Shown: positions 13,715 to 26,439 of the stretch, piece after piece
Position numbering within the stretch: position 1 is the stretch's first letter
How the letters are laid out: each line of letters begins with the position of its first letter
NCBI GenBank assembly: GCA_964016885.1
Contig: OZ024752.1
Coordinates: 30,504,001 to 30,568,000, forward strand
Direction: 5' to 3'
Origin: Eledone cirrhosa
Taxonomy: Eukaryota
Length of the DNA stretch: 64,000 nt
Position numbers and translations under genes: made by a program
The notes under the pieces: generated by a model
What the model was told of the DNA's origin: nothing
Database searches by the model: none
What the model saw: only the letters and a program-made list of their open reading frames with translations

Positions 13715-14800
13715 ATACTATTGTCTTTGTTTTTCTGTTGCCTTTTTGTGTTCTCTAATATTGTTGATGCTGGTTGCTTTGAATTGGGGCAGGCCTTCTT
13801 CATAAAGTCATACCAGTCTTCTCCTTCCTGCACAAAAGATTCTAGAACTGACAGGAATATCAAAACACTTGTGAGACTGTCTTTGATACAGTCTTTGTAT
13901 CATATTTTGTGCATCCTTTGTTTCTGTTTTCCAAACAAACACACCTTAGCGTTGTTTGCATGACATTCAGAAGCTGTCTATCTGAATGGTGTTCACCTTC
14001 CTGTATAAAGAATTAAGATCTTGATGCTGAGCAATTGAAGTGACCTCAACACTCTTCTTGCATGGACTGATTCAAACTGCTTTTTTTCCAATTTACTATC
14101 CTGGTCTCAGAGCCACATAGAAAACTTGTAATTAATATCTCTGCCTTGTGTGTATAGATTTTTGTAGCAGCTTTGGGTTTTGGCAGTTTCTCGTACAAGA
14201 GTATAAACAACCAAATGATGGATCACAGCCATTCTTTCCTTATCAAATAACAAATACTGTTTGTTTTCAACTCAATGTCATTCATGGCAATTATAGGAAG
14301 AACTACTGATGTATCTGTTGTTGGCTGATGCAGGCCGATGAAATGGCAAGCTTTGGAAAATGGTTACAGTCATTTAGAAATGTAACTGTGATATGACAGC
14401 AGTTTTTTTTTTTTTTTAAGTGTTCATTTTTTTTTTGTGCCCACTGCAGGGCTGAAAAAGAACCATCTGTTAGTACATTGAGTATGATCTCTAATGAAGG
14501 TTACACTGAGATTGGATCCAGACTCATGTGAAAAACTGATTAAAAGAGAATTGAGTGTAGAATTGATACGATTATATCACAAATAGTTGATACATTGTTC
14601 ACCATGTCAAATATTTTTGTCAGGGTGATGAAAGCAGTATGGAAATTTAAGCATTTCATTGTAGAATCTTCTTGAGTTTGTTTCACCATTTTCACCGTTT
14701 TATTCTCTAGCTTGAACCATACATGTGATAAAATGCAACCGAAGAAAGCATTGATCAAGCAGTTGAGAATGACCCATACAAGAGAAATACAACTTTATAT
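13715..14800 (-). mobile_element. Decayed RTE (BovB-like) LINE RT fragment
   Basis: KQTQEDSTMKCLNFHTAFITLTKIFDMVN (cf. RQLQEKC..Q..LY.AFIDLTKAFDTVN) and a degraded RTE C-terminus ESFVQEGEDWYDFMKKAC...ENTKRQQK. Confidence 0.65.
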
Positions 14801-15231
14801 AATTTCCATTAGTTGTTTTGATTTTGAAAAAAAAAGTGGTGGGGAACAGAAGTAGTGAGAATGTGGAACTTCTGAGAAGTTAGCATGTTTATATCTTGTT
14901 CCTGACAATGTCTTTCCAATAGACCTTCTGAGAAGTCAGCATGTTTGTATGTCTTAATGTCTGTGTCCAACTAGTTCTCGATAAGTGCAGCAGCTGATGT
15001 AATCCAATGTCATAACAGTGATGAATATTTTATCCCTAGGGAAACCTATGATATAACAGCATTCTAGCCAGGAAGAAATTTATTTCTCTGTCTAAATCCT
15101 ATTGAAAATCAGAAATAAACACTAGATATTTGTTTTGACAGATACTGCTGTTTAGAGTATTCAGGTTGACTTTTTAGATCTGTTACCTTGAAGATCTCCT
15201 CCATGAGAAAAAACAAACAAACAAAAAATTT

Positions 15232-15425
15232 GAATAGCTAGGTCTCCTATTTCTGGGTTCCAATTTGTCCTTTGCTGTATTAGATAGCTAGGTCTTGTTT
15301 TACTGAGTTCCAATATGCCCTTTGTTGTATCAGATGACTAGGTCTTCAATTTCTGGGTTCAAATATGTTCTTTGCTGTATCAGATGACTAGATTTTCTGT
15401 TTCTGGGTTCCAATATGTCCTTTGC
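15232..15425. repeat. Degenerate ~50-bp tandem repeat, about 4 copies
   Basis: Recurring ctaggtc...tttctgggttccaatatgtcctttgctgtatcagatg. Confidence 0.75.
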
Positions 15426-15777
15426 ACTCCACATATATTGGTCAACCCTCTTTGTTATTTCAGATTTCCTTTGATTATACTGCCAGACAATCTACTTGTT
15501 ATGTTGAGCAAACCATTTCTCAATGAAGGTTTCAGACTTATTCACTATTTTCATTGTCACAGACAGCCATTAGTCAGGTTAAAACAAAATTGTTTATGAA
15601 ATATGAGAAACATGTTGAGAAGGTTGAGGGGAATAACTCATTAGCAGCACTGTAATTTACAAATGCATATGTGCAATTGTTTGTTTTGGGTCTGGAGGAA
15701 GGGGCTACTATACACATGATCATCTTAGACCCTTGGAGATCCGTATGATTCATGCTGTTAATGCGCTGCAGAAAAAC

Positions 15778-15902
15778 CATTTAAAAGGAAGGAATTCCAG
15801 AACGCTAACATTCAAGAAAGGAAGGATCTGAAAAATTAATAAGTGTGTATGTGTGGGGGGATAATTATTCAAGACCTGAGAGTACATATATATCTATATC
15901 CA

Positions 15903-15933
<31 letters not shown>

Positions 15934-16093
15934 GCGTGTGTGTGTGTGTATAAATATATATATGTATGTATGTGTGTGTATATATATATGTATGTGTGTG
16001 TGTACATACATATATATATATATGTATGTACACACACACATACATATATATATACACACACATACATATATATTTATACACACACACACACGC

Positions 16094-16124
<31 letters not shown>

Positions 16125-16246
16125 TGGATATAGATATATATGTACTCTCAGGTCTTGAATAATTATCCCCCCACACATACACACTTATTAATTTTTCAGA
16201 TCCTTCCTTTCTTGAATGTTAGCGTTCTGGAATTCCTTCCTTCTAA

Positions 16247-16249
<3 letters not shown>
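15778..16249. repeat. ~470-bp near-perfect palindrome centred on a (TA)n/(CA)n microsatellite
   Basis: Arms are reverse complements, as the mirror ORFs 15845+ and 16182- show. Differences are one substitution near the ends and microsatellite length variation. Confidence 0.92.
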
Positions 16250-16310
<61 letters not shown>

Positions 16311-16599
16311 TAAGAACTTCTCAGGAGAGCTGGACAGTAGGTCTTCAGAGAAGACCCCCCCCCCCCCCATCATGCAAATGTTTCAGCCAATATGTTAGAA
16401 AGGGGTGGGCAGTAATTCACAAGGAGCACACAGTGTAATTTATGGACAAACTAGAAATGTAGTGGCATTGCAGGCAGTCTAACAGAGAAGATAGACTTTA
16501 TATGCAACAGATAGCACTAAAAGCACATGTAAAGTAGATTCCTTCAGTTTCCAGGGAGTTTGCTGACAGTTTTTGTTACCTAGGTGATCAAATTGCCAG

Positions 16600-17130
16600 T
16601 GGGGGAAGATGGAAAATGCACTGAGAATATGATATCTAGGATAAGGACAAGCTGAAAGAAGTTTAGAGATCTATTACTGCTGCTGACAACAAAGGGCTTT
16701 TCTCTGAGTTAGGGGTAAAGTGTATGATTCCTGTGTGCGAACTGCAATGCTACATAGCAGTGAAACATGGGCCTTGATTGCCGAAGAGCTGCAGAAGCTA
16801 GAAACAAATGAATTGAGTATGGTTCAATGGATGTGTAATGTTAGTGTGCTTGAGTGACATAGCATAAGCCAAACTAACAGGAAAACTTGACATAAGAGGA
16901 ATTAAATGTAGTGTGCAAGAAAGAAAACGGCATTGGTATGGACATGTGGTACACATGGATAACAGCTGCATAAAAAATACAGAGAAACTGCAGTGACTGA
17001 AACCCATGGAAGAGGCAGACCCATGACGTCATGGGATGAGGTTGTGAAGACTGACCTTAAAAAACTAAACCTCAGAAATGACAAATGACTGTGAGGGCTG
17101 GTGCTATAATGTGCTGGTGAAGACCCAGCC
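16600..17130 (+). mobile_element. Decayed RTE LINE 3' ORF fragment
   Basis: RIRTS*KKFRDLLLLLTTKG...GKVYDSCVRTAMLHSSETWAL...QWMCNVS...RKRHWYGHV...GRGRP..SWDEVVKTDL. Confidence 0.8.
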
Positions 17131-17217
17131 AACAGCTTACAACCTGGCCTGACTTATCCCCATGAACCTGCTTCCAATAGCTTTCTGTAGCAGCTATCCT
17201 CACCATATCTATCTAGC

Positions 17218-17249
<32 letters not shown>

Positions 17250-17582
17250 TATACACAAAACCATGTGCAAAGCTCAAACTTTCAGATTTACTAAGGAAAT
17301 AAATTTAGTTAGTCTTTCTGCTGTCCAAATACACCTCTTCTGTAGCCAAGATTTGCATTGTGTACATCGTCTCTTCTTTCCTGCTTACCAACAATTTAGA
17401 TTTTTCGAGATTTACTCTCATCCCTTTATGTATATATGTGTATGTTTCTATACGCAGACATAAATATATATTTCAAATGTAGTCATCCTAGCGGAAATGA
17501 CTATAATAAAAAGCAGGTAAAGTCCACTTGGAGACGAAAAAGTGTGAACAGATGTGACAGGACAAATCTTTCACCACACACG

Positions 17583-17613
<31 letters not shown>

Positions 17614-17772
17614 TGTTATGCTTTGGGAGGGTCATGTTGCCAATAAGAAACACACGCACCAGTTGCTTTCACTTCAATGTATTATAAATTAAATTATAAA
17701 TTTAAAAATTTATATATATATATATATATAGTTAAAGAAATGACAACACAAGCACAGGGATGCAAAACAGAA

Positions 17773-17814
17773 AGTCTTAATAGTATCACACATAAGTGTG
17801 ATACTATTAAGACT
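17773..17814. repeat. Perfect hairpin with 19-bp arms, inside a (TA)n-bounded segment
   Basis: agtcttaatagtatcacac-ataa-gtgtgatactattaagact. Confidence 0.9.
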
Positions 17815-18073
17815 ACTATGCAATCTACCTGCCTTTCAAACCTGGATAACTACCTGGGACCTTAGAACTCTTCACCAAATGGATTACTCACGGATTAACC
17901 AGTCTTTGAATGGCTTATATATATATATATATATATACAATATGTAGAAAAGATAACACACTAGAGAGAGAGATAGTGCACCATCAGTCAAACATGGAAA
18001 AACCACCAGTGTATGGAATCTATAGCACATTACTGACAGGGAATAGTGAGAGTCTATGGCTCCGTTAATTTAT

Positions 18074-18104
<31 letters not shown>

Positions 18105-18224
18105 ATGTGTGTGTATGTGTATGTAGGTAGAGGGGCCTGTCTGAAAAAGGCATTACTGTTGCCACCCAATGCTGTAAGAACTGATATTATAACACTGCTC
18201 TAACCAACAGTGGTTGCTCAGAAA

Positions 18225-18560
18225 AAAATATCTTATTCTCCTAAACAAAACCCAACTAACGCTAGGAAGAAAAAGAGAAAGAAACCAATAATATGGTTCT
18301 CTTCTCCTTTCTTGCTCAATGTTAAAACCAACGTAGGCAAAAAATTCTTAGACCTTATTGACAAACACTTCTCCATAGACCATAAGTATAGACAACTCTT
18401 TAACCAACATGCAGTGAAGATGAGCTTCTCCTGTGCAAAAACATGAAAGCCCAGATCACCAACAAAACCAAGAGCGCTCTCGCACTGGGATACTCTTGCA
18501 GAAAGCTGAAATCATGCCCTCTGGGTCAACAGTTCAACACACCCACAATCGTATGGGAAG
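18225..18560 (+). mobile_element. Penelope-like element ORF fragment (thumb to GIY-YIG linker)
   Basis: RKKPIIWFSSPFLLNVKTNVGKKFLDLIDKHFSIDHKYRQLFNQHAVKMSFSC matches the PLE pattern RxIIWFNPPFSxNVKTNIGKxFLxLIDKHFP..H.LHKIFNRNTVKVSYSC. Confidence 0.85.
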
Positions 18561-18826
18561 CTGAAGTAATCTCCATCCTGTCCAATCAGTAGCAGGACAT
18601 ATGAGGGCATGCCGGAAGGTCGCATGATGACTTTTAGACACTTGGATAAATGAACAGCCATGAAGCTGACAAGTTGCATCTGATCTCCCAAGGATGCAAG
18701 TGCAGATGTCTTCATTTGAAAATCCTGAAAAAAACTAGACAGTAAGAAGACATCTAAATTATGCAACAATGAATGATAGAACATCTTAAGATAGCTTCAT
18801 ATTACAACATCCCTTAATATGAGAGG

Positions 18827-18860
<34 letters not shown>

Positions 18861-18964
18861 CTTTTCAACTATATGCAAGTGATGTGGATTGCTTTTAACT
18901 ACTTAAACCTGTTTATCCTTGTGGCATTGCAATGTAACTTTCACAGATAAGCCTCCTAATAATA

Positions 18965-19080
18965 GTGTGGGTGAGTGGTTAGAGAATTGGATTCGCAATC
19001 ATGAGGTTGTGAGTTCGATTGCCAGACTGGGCATATATTATGTCCTCGAGCAAAACACTTTATTTCATGTTGCTCCTTCT
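18965..19080 (+). mobile_element. tRNA/CORE-type SINE head (family B-related)
   Basis: A/B-box-like gagtggttagag...gagttcgatt followed by tcctcgagcaaaacactttatttca, similar to 59148-59265. Confidence 0.7.
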
Positions 19081-19204
19081 GCCTGGATTTGCGACTGATA
19101 GATAGTATTAGCTATTGGAAAGACCAATGGAAACATTGTTTCCTCAGTCCAATTGACAAGTTCCGCCCATCTCATTAAACAAATGAGGTCTGGGATCTTG
19201 TCAA

Positions 19205-19598
19205 TCGACTGGAGAGAAGTGAAGCAAGCATGCTCCGCTGGATGTGCAATGTCAATGTGCGTGAACAACCAAGCATAGGCAAGTTGAGAGAGAAACTGTG
19301 AATAAGAGGAATAAGCTGTAATGTGCAGGAGAGAAGACTGCATTGGTATAGACATGTGTTGCACATGGAGGATGACTGCTGGGTAAAGAAGTGCCAAGAA
19401 ATCCTAGTAGAAGGAAGACGCAGTAGAGGAAGACCACGAAAATCATGGGCGGAGATAGTGAGAGCTGACCTGAGATCGCTGAAGCTCGCGGAGGAGATGA
19501 CGAAGGACCGTGACAAATGGGAAGATGCTGAGCTGAATAGGACCCATCCCACCCTTGCAAGCAGGGAAAAGCGGATGTAAAATGATGATGATGATGAT
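19205..19598 (+). mobile_element. RTE LINE 3' end with (GAT)n tail
   Basis: LERSEASMLRWMCNV...QERRLHWYRHV...EGRRSRGRPRKSWAEIVRADL...DRDKW...EKRM*, followed by (GAT)n. Confidence 0.88.
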
Positions 19599-19644
<46 letters not shown>

Positions 19645-21245
19645 CACCATATTATTTATTTATGTTCTTACACAGAACAAAGGTGCTACCTAAGGTCTCA
19701 AAGCCCAATATTGACCATATTTCTAAAATGTAAACAGGATCAAAATTGTGACCTAATCTTCAGGTGTTTCAGGATTTTTTATCCATCATCAGAGATACTT
19801 AGTCACTCTGTACTGATAGAAAAAGAAGCTACAGCTTGTTTATATGTTGCATATAAAATATCTGCAGGGGATGGTAATTTGCTGTGGCTCATATGAGATG
19901 CCATATTTTTAACCTGAGTCAGATGACAGACATGCTACATTCTGTTATGGTCGAATACCTTTCCTAATGCCAACCAATTTACGGTGTGTACTGGCTTTGT
20001 TTTCTCATGGCACCAGAACTATCTCTTTACTGTTTGGGTTAGGGTGCATTTTCTTAGGAAACCAGCTCTTCCACTTTCTAGTGTTGGCTGAGCACACTTT
20101 TTTTCTGGAACCAGCACTAACACATTTCAATATTTGGGTCCTTGTGTCCTCAGCCCAGCTGGGAGAACAATGATAGGAGGTTCAGGGATTAGAGCAGAGT
20201 CTAGACTACCTGTTGCCTGCCAATGGAGGCAGAAGTCGCCTGTCAGTATTGTGGGGTACATACGATTTTTTGTATAGTTGGGTGAGGAGAGGGAGAATTT
20301 AAGGATAAATTTCAGGGTGCAAGTGAGGAGGATGTATCTATAATGTAGATCACCAACACTAGAGAGGTTGTCATGCTGTTGACACAATTGAAAGGTCCCT
20401 TTTTTTGCCAGGGTTCCTACAGCACGGTGCTCTTCCTATTGCCAACCACCTTACATTACAGACTGCTTTGCATATATTATCATCGCACCAGCACTAGAGA
20501 GCTCATACACACATATACAAAAGGCTTCTATACAATGTCTGTCTACCAGATTCACTCACAAAGCTTTGTTCAGCCATTGAAAATGCTGCAAGCAACGATA
20601 CTTGAAGTCACAGTAGATGCACTAATATGTATAAGTTTGGCTCTAATACACGAATCATGTTCACACATGTATTACTGTGTGTGTATTTATGCATGTGTTG
20701 TTATAAGCATATATTTGACTGCATGTATGTGGATACTTATAAGTGAACATTTGTTAGAACTTCTTGTTGTAGGCAAGGGAAATAATCAAGCACTCACTTC
20801 CAGTTATTTCCCTTGTAATCCATTTTTGCTGATAACTAAATCTCATTCATCTTGGATGGAACATGGGCAGCATCGAAAAATGGATAATACACTTGGTTTT
20901 AATACACAGCAAGTTTACAATGAAAGCAGTTAACACATATATAGACATTAAGATATTATTTCTATAACTATTCAATAAATTACTTAATGTATTGTATTCA
21001 TCATGGTTTTAACATGATTTACTTACAGATATTCAAGTATGAATACAAAAATGCAACAAATAATGACAAACATTTTGAAAATAAATTTGTATCAGTTCTG
21101 ATTCACTTATATTCTTAACTATTTAGAATTATGGAATGTTAAAGCAACACAGCTTCACAGCACTTATTGAAATTTGGTGTAAAAGCCAGAAAAAAAATGT
21201 TTCCCTCTCCAATATTGCATTACAGTTCACTAGGTTTCACTATAT

Positions 21246-21340
<95 letters not shown>

Positions 21341-21598
21341 ATAAAAATACTTGAGTGCATTAGAATTAAACACACTCGTCGTATTAGAGAAATGACAGTA
21401 TAAGATATAGCTCAAAGTTATCCAACAGAGCCGAAAAATTATATAAAATTATATAAAAACATTGTTAGCAAATAAAGATTTTTGATGAATTAGAGGCTTC
21501 TTTGTTTATTTTTATATAATAAATATATATATATATATAATTAGTTACAGAAGTGACAGATACATTCAACCTGTTATATAGAGATATTTCTTTATATA

Positions 21599-21649
21599 AC
21601 AGGCTGAATGAGTTGGGGGTGTATAACCCAATGAAACTTAAGTATCTGT
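21599..21649 (+). ncRNA. Variant minimal type I hammerhead ribozyme in a fold-back element (21536-21742)
   Basis: acagg-CTGAATGA-gttggg..cccaat-GAAAC-ttaa-GTA-tctgt. All three stems pair; the core has one extra nucleotide. Confidence 0.55.
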
Positions 21650-22608
21650 ATCTGTCACAATTGTAACTAATTATACTTAACTTGTCCTATGGACTGAGTG
21701 CTCTTACCCTTGGATATTTCTACCAAACTTATACTACAGTACATATATATATATATATTAGTCCAAACTGTGACTATCACAGCCAAAGTCTCTTGTCCAG
21801 TGTCTGAGAGGGAACTGAGATTGAGTGAACAGAGGGTGAATCTGAGTTGAGCAGGGCTTAAATACCCTTAAGTTACATAATATTTCCAGTGATGATATCA
21901 TCACTATATTGTTCCTCATTTCATATTCACAGATTTATTCCTATGAAAATTTCGTTACATATGTATATATTCAATTGTATAAGAGACATACGGACGAAAA
22001 TACATAACTGGAAGTTCAGACAGAAGCTATCCCTATAATATATATATATATATATATATATAAATATATAAATATATAAATATAAATATAGCAGAGTCAT
22101 TATGTTGTCAAATATATTGCTTAGCGATGTTCATTTCAGTTCTCTGCAAAGTTCAAATCCTGTTAAATTTCCAGTTTTAGATAACATATATTATTTTCAG
22201 TTCACAATATTAAAAAGTTTTTCAATATTTCAAATAAATACTATATTTTGATAAATTTTATTCTTTGATTATTTGGTTCTGTATATTGAAGTAAAATGTT
22301 TATAATTGTGTACCTCATAACCTGCTTGGCCAAGCATGGTGAGTATGGCTACACCCCTGAAGACATGACCAAAACCAAACAGAATATGTATGTGTGTCTA
22401 CATTTGTATATGTTTTATATACATACCTGTATATATATATATATATATATAAACCTATATATGTAATACATATATATATATATATACATATGTATATATA
22501 TATGTATATATAACCAAAGATTAATATGGTTCATTGATTACTCAATGAATATAGTTTTACAATAGATTAAAAGCACTCTACAAAGAAAGTTTTCTGGAGT
22601 TAGTAATA

Positions 22609-22806
22609 TTATTCAAAATATTAATAAATGAATACGTTCACATAATCAAAATATATGTTTTATTATATATATTTCGGAGGTACTGTGCTGTTGTTGTTTT
22701 TTTATCTAATAAGGACGTACTGAAAAAACAGCATAGTGCCTCCGAAATATATATAATAAAACATTTTGATTATGTGAACGTATTCATTTATTAATATTTT
22801 GAATAA
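22609..22806. repeat. Fold-back palindrome (~80-bp arms) with hammerhead-like 3' half
   Basis: Arms are reverse complements. The inner helix ggaggtactgtgctgtt/aacagcatagtgcctcc is followed by GAAAT-ATAT-ATA. (TA)n flank. Confidence 0.8.
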
Positions 22807-25312
22807 AATATATATATATATATATATATATATTTATGTATTGAGTGGGGATTCTTCTGTGAAGGCCTGCTATCCAGATCTCATGGGAGTTTCTTACCAC
22901 TGTATATCTGTTTAATGTGTACTTGTGACTTCCCACAATTATTTAATTTGTTTAATTAAAAATAGATGAAGTTATGGTGTTCTTACCTTTAGTGTGTATG
23001 TGTGTGATAGATGAACAAAATATAATATGCTTACCTGATGGTTTTATTGTGTGTATGCATGATAGATTCGTCATATATGAAAAAATATCATGATGATCCT
23101 GTAATTTCACAGGTGATACTTTGACTCACTACTTAACCATAATAAATGATTATTATTATTGATAAAATAAAGTACCAGTAACACACTGGGATAATTGCTG
23201 GCCTTGTGCCAAAAATAGAAACAATTATTATTGTTATTATTTCCATTATTAATTCCATTGATCATCAATACTGCTTTACCGAGCACAACTCTGTTCAGTT
23301 TAACATCTTTGTTGCTATTTTTTAAGGCTTTATTAATTATAGTATAAATACATTTGGTAATTATAAAATTTTGGAATTTTTCAATGGGTTTTTGTGTATG
23401 TTTCTTTTTTGTTCCTTCTTTTGCTGAATTAATTAACAATGTCCATTTTAACCCTTCGTCAATCTACATAAAACTCTGCTCACCACAAACACTTTTTACA
23501 CACATATGCTGGGTTGACCTTTCTGCACTAATTAAACTATGTTAATTTTGATAAGTCAGCTTCATAATCATAAAATATCTAAGAAACATAAACATTACCA
23601 ATAAACAGAGTAGATGTTTTTTTTTTATATACATTTGTAAATTTCTGTGAAATTAGGGTTTGCTTGGTTTATGTTTAAGTAAAAGATTTTTATTTGCTAG
23701 TAAATATAATATCAATAAAGAAGTACCTTTGTTTTATATATACCAAAGTATATTACTGTAATAAACTATAACAGAAAACTATCTATCAATTTTTCATCTC
23801 CCTAGTTGTTCTTAAATGTTTAAGTTTCTCACAATATATTCCAATTTATCATTCAAACCATATAGGCTTCCTATTAAAAGAAAAACAAAAAAACGACTTT
23901 ATTATTGCTATTATTATTATCATTATTACTATTATTATTATTATTATTATTATTCTATTTAAATGAAATTTGTATTTTTTATCTTGTTGTAAATGCATAT
24001 GTTTATTTTTTGAAATTTCATTAAAAAGTCTTCTGACAACGTCATCTTTTTTTTTTTTTTTTTGTATTGTTATTGTTAATAATTTTTGACTGTCCCAATA
24101 ACTCTGCTATGTATTGCAAGAAAGCCAAAGATGTTTTAAAGTTTACCAAAGATTGTTCAAATAATGTGCAATACAACAATTACTGTATATCAGCAATTGA
24201 AGTACTCATTACTCATCTAATTTCTTTGTGTATAAACTAAATATTCTCATTAGATGAATTCAAAACTCAATTTCTCTTTCTGTTTATGGTTGGCAGGGTG
24301 AAGTAGTTCTTGCTTTAGACAAAAAGAAAAAGAAATTTCTTAGATAAAAAAAAATATATATATATATATTGACTTTGAATTTTCTGTCCAAATTTTTTAT
24401 ATCGCAATAATGTCAGACAAGGTTCTTCTGAGCTCCAAAAATGTTGTTAGGATTTTAATTTGGAGATGGAGGAGGCGGGGTTGTTTATTGGTATTTTAAT
24501 TTTAGAGGGATATTAATGATGTTGGTATTTTAATTTAGGTGGAGTATTAATGTCAATAGTATTTGGAGGGGGGGGGGGCAGTTTGTTCATTGGTATTGAG
24601 TGGGGGGCAGAGGTTTCATTACTTTTTTTTTTTTTTTTTTTTTGGCAGGGGTTTATTAATGTTGGTAGTATTTCAGTTTTGGGGGTAGTATTAATGTCAG
24701 TATTCTAATTTCAGAAGGGGTATCTATTTGTCTTTTTATTTTTTTTTTGTTATATAATATGTAACTATCCACTCCCTTATTAGTTTGCTAGTTCCAATAT
24801 TCAGCAATATTGTAGTTACATTAACAAATAAAAGTAAATTAACTGTTGTTTAAAAGTTGTGTTTTAGGTCTTCCTTCAAGTTTGGTTGACTTTTAATAAC
24901 AGTGGCCCTGATATTTGTATACAGTCGTATCTAATTTAAATAGATTCTTTCTTTTTTTTGTATACAAAAATTACATTTAAACGAAAAAAAATAAATTGCT
25001 GGTGCTTCTTTAAGATATTCTTGAAATGCAATACCACTTTCACATTAATGGAACTTCAACTACTTCCAACAAAAATCATTTATTGATCAAGAAATAGGTT
25101 ATTGAAATGTTAGTCACATATTTAGGTTTTGGCAGTTGAAAAGATTTTTAACATTTCAACAAAGATATAAATACCATTCTAAGCTATGCTAACTGAAATA
25201 ACTGACATTATATTAATCAATTTCATTCTTTAAACTTATTTTTTTAGTATTTCTAACTCGAACCTGTCTTCAGTGTATTCCATTTTCATCATTCTCTTAA
25301 CATTATAATTGT

Positions 25313-25428
25313 TTAACCTTCTGGACGCTATTGGCGACATAAGTCGCTGATAGAATAATTTCCCTTAATACATAATGTAGTGTCAAGGGAAGCAATTCAT
25401 TAAAAAAATTCAGCGTCCTAAAGGTTAA
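25313..25428. mobile_element. Short piggyBac-type MITE
   Basis: ttaa-ccttctggacgct ... agcgtcctaaagg-ttaa. Confidence 0.55.
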
Positions 25429-25867
25429 TTATCAGTAAATATAAGTATTGATAACATCAGTTGTTTGTTTTTTTACATCGTGTGAAGAAATGAAATTAAA
25501 ACTGATAATTATTCATTCTAGGAGTCATAGATTTTATTTTCAAACAAGTTGTCATCGCAATGATTATTCCTTAATTCACTTTTTTGTTGCTAGAATTTCT
25601 ATATTATACAAACTGTGCTCAATCATTTAAGTCTTCGAGTCTCAACTAATTTTTCTACTTCAACTTCTCTGTGTATTATTATACAGAACTTAGAAATTAT
25701 CATCAGTTGCAAAAACTATTATTATGTATCGATATAGTTGTCTGAACTGATTTTCCTTCCAAAATAATAAAAAAAATCTGATAGAACTGATTTTATTGAA
25801 AGTGCCTCTCGTGGATTTGATTTGAATGGTCTACCTCTTAAAAATAGTTATTGTTTATACATGTGTG

Positions 25868-25901
<34 letters not shown>

Positions 25902-26119
25902 TGGAAATAGCTGTTGAAATGGCAGGAGCTCAGCCATCAGGGTCCCGAATCCTTTATATATATATATATAGGTAATCATTATGGCCCCAGCTTCTCATTA
26001 CTCACGCAATGAGACAATATTTGAACGTGGGACTGCGCAAACCTCTACCCAGAGTGTACACAATACGTTATTTGTAATGGGAGCAGTTACATGCGGATTA
26101 TGGTAAATATATACCATAT

Positions 26120-26159
<40 letters not shown>

Positions 26160-26205
26160 TGTGTGTTTGTGTATATATATGTGTGTGTGTGTATATATAT
26201 GTGTG

Positions 26206-26253
<48 letters not shown>

Positions 26254-26439
26254 CTTTGTTAAATAACATTGAAGACCAAAGAATCTTAAACGATTATTAA
26301 TACAGTAAAGTTTGAAATCAATTTAATGTGAAATGTGATGCTAATCTTTGCATATTGCCAAGTGTTCATTAAAAAGAATAAGAAATTTAAAAAATAAAAA
26401 GCTTCTATTCTTTCAATATCAACTAAGGTTGGTTTCGAT

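Noticed and set aside
19985-20020. Third P-domain-like exon (VLALFSHGT)
   Set aside because: Lies in a degraded SINE B-like segment, lacks the conserved Trp, and has no good acceptor.
20373-20933. 186-aa ORF
   Set aside because: Patchwork of degraded SINE sequence and AT-rich DNA with no recognisable domain or splice context.
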